In this document: positions 14,778 through 20,000 of the stretch, in pieces
Numbering within the stretch: the stretch's first letter is position 1
How the letters are laid out: every line of letters begins with the position of its first letter
IMG/VR virus record: IMGVR_UViG_3300009688_000445
Direction: 5' to 3' (one strand)
DNA length: 20,000 nt
From: an uncultured virus (IMG/VR IMGVR_UViG_3300009688_000445)
Taxonomy: Duplodnaviria > Heunggongvirae > Uroviricota > Caudoviricetes
The notes under the pieces: model-generated
The model's input: only the letters and a program-made list of their open reading frames with translations
What the model was told of the DNA's origin: nothing
Databases searched by the model: none
Position numbers and translations under genes: made by a program

Positions 14778-17227
14778 TAATTTCAGATAAAATATATATT
14801 CCATTATGTAAGTTAGGTGCTAAAGCAAATGATTTAGCTAAGATTTTTACCTATCAAAATCCAGAATATTTTGAAAAATCTAAAATGGGTTTTAGCACCA
14901 CAAAATGCAGTCCTTTTCTTGCACATTATGCTTTTCAAGAATCCGAAACAAAGGAAAAATGCATAGTAGTACCTAGAGGTGCTATTAAGAAAGTTAAAAC
15001 TTTTCTAGAAAAGAATAATATATCCTTACGCCACTTAGATAACAGAAATGAAGGTAAAGATATAGATATCGAGTTAACAGACACAAGATTAGAACCCCAG
15101 CAGTTAGAAATCATAGAGCTTTTAAAAGCTAATGAGGGTGGATTGATAGAAATGCTACCGGGCGGTGGGAAGACAATTGCTGCTTTGGGTTTTATCTCAA
15201 AAGTAAAAAAATCTACTCTTATTCTAGTACATGAACATAGACTTAGAACACAATGGGAAGAAGAAATTAAAAGAAGACTTCAAGGAGATTTTACTTTAGG
15301 AAGATTAGATGGTGACGAGAAACGGGAAGGTGATATAACAATCGGAATTATTAATTCCGTTTATCTGATGTATAAAGAAAATAAAGATATCTTTTCAAAA
15401 TATGGTGTAGTTATAGTCGATGAATGCTTTCCTTGGTATTCTAAAGTATTAACTAATTCTGGATATAAAAATATTAAAGATGTACAAAAAGGAGATATTG
15501 TTCTAACTACGAATGAGACTACTAAAGAATTAGAATGGAAATCTGTAGTTAACAATATACAAAAAAAATCAAGAAAAAATCTTATAAGTATAAAACTTAA
15601 TAATGGTAAAAGTATTGTTTGTACAGAAGATCATAACATATATACTACTAAAGGATGGATATCAGCTAAAAATCTTGTATTAAATGATGAACTTATTACT
15701 GTGGATACTATTATTTATGGAAGAACTATCGAGAAGAAAAAAGAAAAACAAAGTGATTGCAATTATTCCCTGTTACATTTGTGGAAAAGATGTGGAAATA
15801 TTATCTGGAACTCAAACAAAGGAAACTTACAGACTGACAGGAAGAGCATATTGTTCAAGGGAATGTTCAAAAGCTTATGTCAGAAAAACGAGCAGCGAGA
15901 CAATGACAAGAACAAATTTGAAATATCGAGATATTATTGTCAAAAGAATGTTGGAAAACAATCCTTCAAAGGATCCAGAGATAGCAAAAAAAGCTGTACA
16001 AAAAAATCGAGAAAATGGTACTTACGATTTAAATTGTTTCGAACATTGCGGAAATGGGCGGGCATGTTCAAAAGAACATCAATCTTTATTAGATTCTCTG
16101 AATTTCATACAAGATATTTGGATAAAAGAATGTCCAGTTCCTACCAAAATGGGAAGAACTTCAGGATATCCAACTTGTTACAAATTGGATATTGGTTGCA
16201 AAGAATTAAAAATTGGAATAGAAGTAGATGGGGATACTCATTTAAACAAACAACAGATACAATTAGACAAAAAGAAGGATATATTCTTACAAGGATTGGG
16301 GTGGAAAGTATTACGCTTTACTCACTCGCAGATTCACGAAAACTTGACATCTTGCGTGGCGAAGATTATGTCTATGATCTTACAATAGAAGATAATCATA
16401 ACTATTTTGTGGAAAATATATTAGTACATAATTGCCATCATACACCAGCAAAAATGTTTGAATTAGTAGTAAATAATATACCTGCTAAATATAGAATAGG
16501 TTTAACAGGTACTGTTAAAAGAAAAGATCAAAAAGAAATATTAATGTTCGATATTTTAGGCCCTGTTCTTATTTCTATAGGAGCAGAGGACTTGAAACAT
16601 CGTGTTACTTCTTTTACCTATGAAATAGTAGAGACTAATTGTAAAATAGATGCACCTACAAGAAAACTATGGGCTGATGGTGCAAGAGTAACAAAAGTAG
16701 ATTATGTTTCTCTTTTAAGCCTACTGGTTAAAAATCAGCAAAGAAATACTATAATTTTAGAAAAAATTATAGAATCCATAAAAGAAGGATATAAGCCTTT
16801 AATATTATCAGATAGAGTAGATCATTGTAAATATCTTTATCAATATTTATTAGATTTAGGATATAATGTTGTATTATTAATAGGAGCTACACGCAAGCAA
16901 TCTAATTGGGAAGAAATCAGACAAGATAATAGCATACAAGCTATTGTAGCACAGCGAAGCATCGCTGAAGAAGGTCTAGATTACCCTTCTCTATCCGCAC
17001 TGCATTTAACCTGTCCATCTACTAATTTACCAAAACTAAAACAAAGAATAGGACGTATTAGACGTGTAGCAGAAGATAAGATATTACTACCTAAAGTATA
17101 CGATTATGCAGATAATGCAGTACAATTAAAAGATCAATTTGGAAAGCTTCAGTTTCCATTAAAGAGATCGGCAAGATCTCGTGAAAGTTTTTATAAAAAG
17201 TTACAAGAGGAATATGAAAGTGCTTAA
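14774..17227 (+). CDS. superfamily 2 (DExH) helicase precursor containing an intein; 481 aa after splicing
   Basis: GTG start overlapping the upstream TGA. Walker A PGGGKT, motif II VIVDE/CHH split by the intein, motif III GLTGT, EGLD, motif VI QRIGRI.R. Confidence 0.92.
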   Translation: MIISDKIYIPLCKLGAKANDLAKIFTYQNPEYFEKSKMGFSTTKCSPFLAHYAFQESETKEKCIVVPRGAIKKVKTFLEKNNISLRHLDNRNEGKDIDIELTDTRLEPQQLEIIELLKANEGGLIEMLPGGGKTIAALGFISKVKKSTLILVHEHRLRTQWEEEIKRRLQGDFTLGRLDGDEKREGDITIGIINSVYLMYKENKDIFSKYGVVIVDECFPWYSKVLTNSGYKNIKDVQKGDIVLTTNETTKELEWKSVVNNIQKKSRKNLISIKLNNGKSIVCTEDHNIYTTKGWISAKNLVLNDELITVDTIIYGRTIEKKKEKQSDCNYSLLHLWKRCGNIIWNSNKGNLQTDRKSILFKGMFKSLCQKNEQRDNDKNKFEISRYYCQKNVGKQSFKGSRDSKKSCTKKSRKWYLRFKLFRTLRKWAGMFKRTSIFIRFSEFHTRYLDKRMSSSYQNGKNFRISNLLQIGYWLQRIKNWNRSRWGYSFKQTTDTIRQKEGYILTRIGVESITLYSLADSRKLDILRGEDYVYDLTIEDNHNYFVENILVHNCHHTPAKMFELVVNNIPAKYRIGLTGTVKRKDQKEILMFDILGPVLISIGAEDLKHRVTSFTYEIVETNCKIDAPTRKLWADGARVTKVDYVSLLSLLVKNQQRNTIILEKIIESIKEGYKPLILSDRVDHCKYLYQYLLDLGYNVVLLIGATRKQSNWEEIRQDNSIQAIVAQRSIAEEGLDYPSLSALHLTCPSTNLPKLKQRIGRIRRVAEDKILLPKVYDYADNAVQLKDQFGKLQFPLKRSARSRESFYKKLQEEYESA
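15425..16432 (+). mobile_element. intein (336 aa) inserted in helicase motif II
   Basis: Block A CFPWYSKVLT, block B IVCTEDHNIYT, block F VYDLTIEDNHNYF, block G LVHN followed by Cys+1. Excision restores DECHH. Confidence 0.95.
15717..16388 (+). CDS. DUF559/Vsr-like endonuclease with N-terminal Zn finger, nested in the +1 frame inside the intein (putative homing endonuclease)
   Basis: CYICG...YCSREC Zn finger, NNPSK linker, YKLDIG....KIGIEVDG.TH.......D.KKD.FL...GWKVLRF nuclease core. The ORF is open from ATG 15684; ATG 15717 is the more plausible start. Confidence 0.85.
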   Translation: MEELSRRKKKNKVIAIIPCYICGKDVEILSGTQTKETYRLTGRAYCSRECSKAYVRKTSSETMTRTNLKYRDIIVKRMLENNPSKDPEIAKKAVQKNRENGTYDLNCFEHCGNGRACSKEHQSLLDSLNFIQDIWIKECPVPTKMGRTSGYPTCYKLDIGCKELKIGIEVDGDTHLNKQQIQLDKKKDIFLQGLGWKVLRFTHSQIHENLTSCVAKIMSMILQ

Positions 17228-17269
17228 TATATACATGAGCACATATTTGGAGAAGAGATCTATAATTAA

Positions 17270-18040
17270 ATGGATACGCAAGAACAACAAATTTCTCTCA
17301 ATGAGAAATCATTAGATAAAAATGCAAAAGTAAGTAGAAATTTTGAAAATAGAACAGAATTGGAAACACAAGAGTTATATGATACAATAAAAGAAGCAGT
17401 ATTGTGTGCTCAAGATCCTCAAAACGATGATTCTGATAAAGCACTGGCCTTTATTGTATTTGTATTTGATCCTCTTATCAGAAAGATAGCAGGAAAGATC
17501 TACTTTTATATCAAAGATTGTGAAGAATATGAGGATATTCTTCAAGAAACTTACGCTACCTTTATACGATTAGTATATGGGTATAATCCTTCCATTTCCG
17601 CCTTCCCTTATTACATTAGAAATATGTTACCAAGACAAGTTAAAGCATGGAGTCAAAGAACAAAAAGAAAATCTTACATTCCAGTAGATACTGTTATAGT
17701 TGATAATGCAATAGCAGATCCTTTTATGAATAGTAAGGATAGTGTTTATGAGAGATATAATAGCTATGTAATGCAAGAAGAATATAAAGAATTTATTATG
17801 CAAAGAGCAGAAAGAAAAACAAAGAGTAATACAGTAAAAGAAGTTTGCTATAATTACTTTTTGGGATCTTCCTCGTGTACTCAACTTGCAAAAAAATTAG
17901 GAATTTCATACCACGCAGTCTACGAAATTATACAAAGAATTAAACTGGAACTTCAAGTATTTTTAGAAGAAAATACTCTTACAGAACTTGAAGCTAGCAG
18001 TATGTTTCAGGATGAGACAAAAATAGATATAGAAAAATGA
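17270..18040 (+). CDS. sigma-70 family sigma factor
   Basis: Region 2: FDPLIRKIA...EYEDILQETY..F......YNP...AFPYYI. C-terminal HTH: SCTQLAKKLGISYHAVYEII.RIK. Confidence 0.8.
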   Translation: MDTQEQQISLNEKSLDKNAKVSRNFENRTELETQELYDTIKEAVLCAQDPQNDDSDKALAFIVFVFDPLIRKIAGKIYFYIKDCEEYEDILQETYATFIRLVYGYNPSISAFPYYIRNMLPRQVKAWSQRTKRKSYIPVDTVIVDNAIADPFMNSKDSVYERYNSYVMQEEYKEFIMQRAERKTKSNTVKEVCYNYFLGSSSCTQLAKKLGISYHAVYEIIQRIKLELQVFLEENTLTELEASSMFQDETKIDIEK

Positions 18041-18192
18041 TAAAAAGTATATTAGTATTAATCTCCAGTGAAATTCATTGGAAAGTAAAACAAAAGTGTA
18101 AGCATAATAAATTGACTATTCAAGAAGTTACAGCTACACTCTTAGAAGAATTTTCTAAAGGAACTTTTGATAGTTTACTAAATATCAAATAA
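18037..18192 (+). CDS. 51-aa ribbon-helix-helix-like protein
   Basis: Not in the ORF track. ATGA overlap with the sigma gene. Translates as MIKSILVLISSEIHWKVKQKCKHNKLTIQEVTATLLEEFSKGTFDSLLNIK*, a strand-helix-helix pattern like ParG/CopG-type RHH proteins. Confidence 0.6.
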   Translation: MIKSILVLISSEIHWKVKQKCKHNKLTIQEVTATLLEEFSKGTFDSLLNIK

Positions 18193-18231
18193 TACCTTAA
18201 AGATTATATTTGTATTATTATTTTTATAACA

Positions 18232-20000
18232 ATGTCAGATTTATTAACTAGCAGATTATTAGATCCCTCGTATTCTCCTTCAACTACTACTCTACCCACG
18301 TTTTTAACTCCTAGTAAAAAAGAATGCCCAGTACGTTTTACTACAGATATTGTCGAATTCTGTGAGCACGAAGAATTTTTGGGTACTAAGCTAAGACCAC
18401 TACAAAAAAACTTTCTTGTCGATTTATATTCATTAGACGATTCCGGATATCCAAAATACGATACAGGTGTTTTTATAGCAGGTATGCGTGGTGGTAAATC
18501 TGCTTTAGCAGCATTTATAGCTGCATTTCAAGTGCACAGATTACTATCTATGAAGGAACCAGCATTAGAGCTGCATCAGATTAAAGGGCAACGTCTTACT
18601 ATACAATTTATTGCTAACTCCGAAGCACAAGCGAAAGAAACGGCGTATGCTACCTTTGAAACACTTATTACAGATTCATTTTGGTATCAAAAGTATATAG
18701 GATGGTTAAAAGAGAGAGAAAGAGAAGAACATCTTCCTGTAAATTCATTATTTGAACATAAAGCACAAAGTATAGAATTTTATGAAAAGAATGTTGCTAT
18801 TTTATCGCTAAATTCTAACTCCGCAACTTCAGTAGGTAAAACTTCAGCATGCTGTATATTTGATGAGCTTTCTCGTTTTGATGTAGCGGAGAATGATATA
18901 CAAGCTAAATCACAAAAGCGTGTTGCACAAGCTATTTATGACGGTGTAGCTAAAGCAGCAACATCTCTAATGCCTTTTTCTAAGGTTGTTACTATTACAT
19001 CTCCTATGTATGAAGATGATTATGGCATGAGATTATTATATCAATCTGGTACATTTAAAGGCGGAGAACAAAGTGGTATTATTCATACTCTAAGAAGGCA
19101 ATACCCTGATAAAGCAGAAAGAATGCTAGGATATCATTATACTACTTTTGAAATGAATCCTCTAAAGGATGCAAATGGCAATATTATACCAGGTGGATTT
19201 AGCCCAGAACAAAGCTTTTTCAAGAGTAAAAGAAATGAGAGTCCAGAAGGTTTTAGAAGAGACTTTCTTGCTATACCACCCTCAGCAGTAAGTCCTTTCT
19301 TTGAATATCCTGAAAGAATAGAATCCTGTATTGTCAAGAATTCACAAGCAGTAATTTTCTTTGATAGGGAATTTCAAGAATCTGTAGACAGAGATGGATT
19401 ACCACTAAGTGTTAGACATTATATAGGTAAATCTTTGGAAATAGTTAAGCCCAATAAAATGAAAGATTACTATATATCATGTGACCAGGGTGAAAAGAAA
19501 GATGCGTTTGTTGTAGCAATGGCACACGGAGAAACTATAGCTTATAGAACAGTAAATACAGAAGGAAAAGAAATAGAATATACTAGATATAAAGTTATAA
19601 TAGATTTTATTGAATGTTGGGTTCCAGATCGAGAAAAACGTGTAACAGTATACTTTCCTAATGTAGAAGAAATCATATTTAAACTCCACCAAAATTTTAA
19701 TATTAAGAAAGTAGTATTTGACCAGTGGAATAGTACAGAATCTATTCAAAGATTATTTAGTAAAGGAATAATGACAGAAAAAACTAATCCTTCTGAAAAT
19801 CTAAAGAAATATGAGATTCTTAAGACATTATTTTATAATGGTCTTATAGAAATGCCTCAAAACGATAGGCTACTTAAAGAATTACGACAACTTAATTTGA
19901 TACGTGGTCAGAAAGTTGATCACAGTTCTTCGGGAAGTTCGGATGCCTCCGATGCTCTAGCTAGAGTCGTATTCGAAGTATATATAAATGTATTGCAACA
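18232..20000 (+). CDS. terL: terminase large subunit (3' end outside window)
   Basis: Not in the ORF track because it has no stop in the window. Manual translation gives LRPLQ, Walker A AGMRGGKS, ANSEAQA, Walker B CCIFDE, motif III ITSP, and nuclease acidic motifs ISCDQGEKKD, FDQWNS, KVDHSSSGSSDASDA. Confidence 0.92.
   Translation, partial: MSDLLTSRLLDPSYSPSTTTLPTFLTPSKKECPVRFTTDIVEFCEHEEFLGTKLRPLQKNFLVDLYSLDDSGYPKYDTGVFIAGMRGGKSALAAFIAAFQVHRLLSMKEPALELHQIKGQRLTIQFIANSEAQAKETAYATFETLITDSFWYQKYIGWLKEREREEHLPVNSLFEHKAQSIEFYEKNVAILSLNSNSATSVGKTSACCIFDELSRFDVAENDIQAKSQKRVAQAIYDGVAKAATSLMPFSKVVTITSPMYEDDYGMRLLYQSGTFKGGEQSGIIHTLRRQYPDKAERMLGYHYTTFEMNPLKDANGNIIPGGFSPEQSFFKSKRNESPEGFRRDFLAIPPSAVSPFFEYPERIESCIVKNSQAVIFFDREFQESVDRDGLPLSVRHYIGKSLEIVKPNKMKDYYISCDQGEKKDAFVVAMAHGETIAYRTVNTEGKEIEYTRYKVIIDFIECWVPDREKRVTVYFPNVEEIIFKLHQNFNIKKVVFDQWNSTESIQRLFSKGIMTEKTNPSENLKKYEILKTLFYNGLIEMPQNDRLLKELRQLNLIRGQKVDHSSSGSSDASDALARVVFEVYINVLQ

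Noticed and set aside
15684..16388. Nested endonuclease ORF as a sequencing frameshift artefact
   Set aside because: Both intein splicing ends and both exteins share one uninterrupted frame. An artefact would need two compensating indels plus a stop-free off frame of over 200 codons. Read mapping is still advisable.
90..19749. Minus-strand ORFs in the track (90-305, 466-660, 7994-8242, 10790-11029, 11816-12154, 12539-12790, 15361-15555, 17627-17884, 19137-19337, 19477-19749)
   Set aside because: All are short, lie antisense to well-supported + strand genes, and have no recognisable motifs.
1..20000. CRISPR arrays, tRNA/rRNA genes, IS elements, tandem repeats
   Set aside because: Intergenic gaps are all under about 75 nt, and I saw no repeat-spacer pattern, cloverleaf or transposase.
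1..20000. Cellular chromosome origin, suggested by recA, dnaB, dnaG, an ftsZ-like gene and que genes
   Set aside because: The terminase, KTSC, resolvase, highly divergent homologues, short primase and single-strand dense packing point to a phage. A prophage cannot be excluded.

Overview
AT-rich, densely coding, entirely + strand segment of what is very likely a large tailed dsDNA phage, read in the standard code. From left to right: (1) a 7-deazaguanine cluster (partial queE, queC, DUF366, folE, a putative nuclease, bimodular queF with an extra N-terminal domain, and a TGT/DpdA-like transglycosylase), best read as a DNA hypermodification system; (2) recombination and replication genes (RecA with two insertions, resolvase-like nuclease, DnaC-like loader with a degenerate Walker A, DnaB, DnaG-type primase, KTSC); (3) a tubulin/FtsZ-family GTPase; (4) two sigma-70-like genes, each followed by a small RHH-like gene, flanking an SF2 helicase; (5) the terminase large subunit, which runs off the window. 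The most striking feature is a 336-aa intein in the helicase DECH motif. Its endonuclease (Zn finger + DUF559/Vsr-like) is not in the intein frame but is a complete separate ORF nested in the +1 frame. All family calls come from motif recognition by eye; no searches were run.
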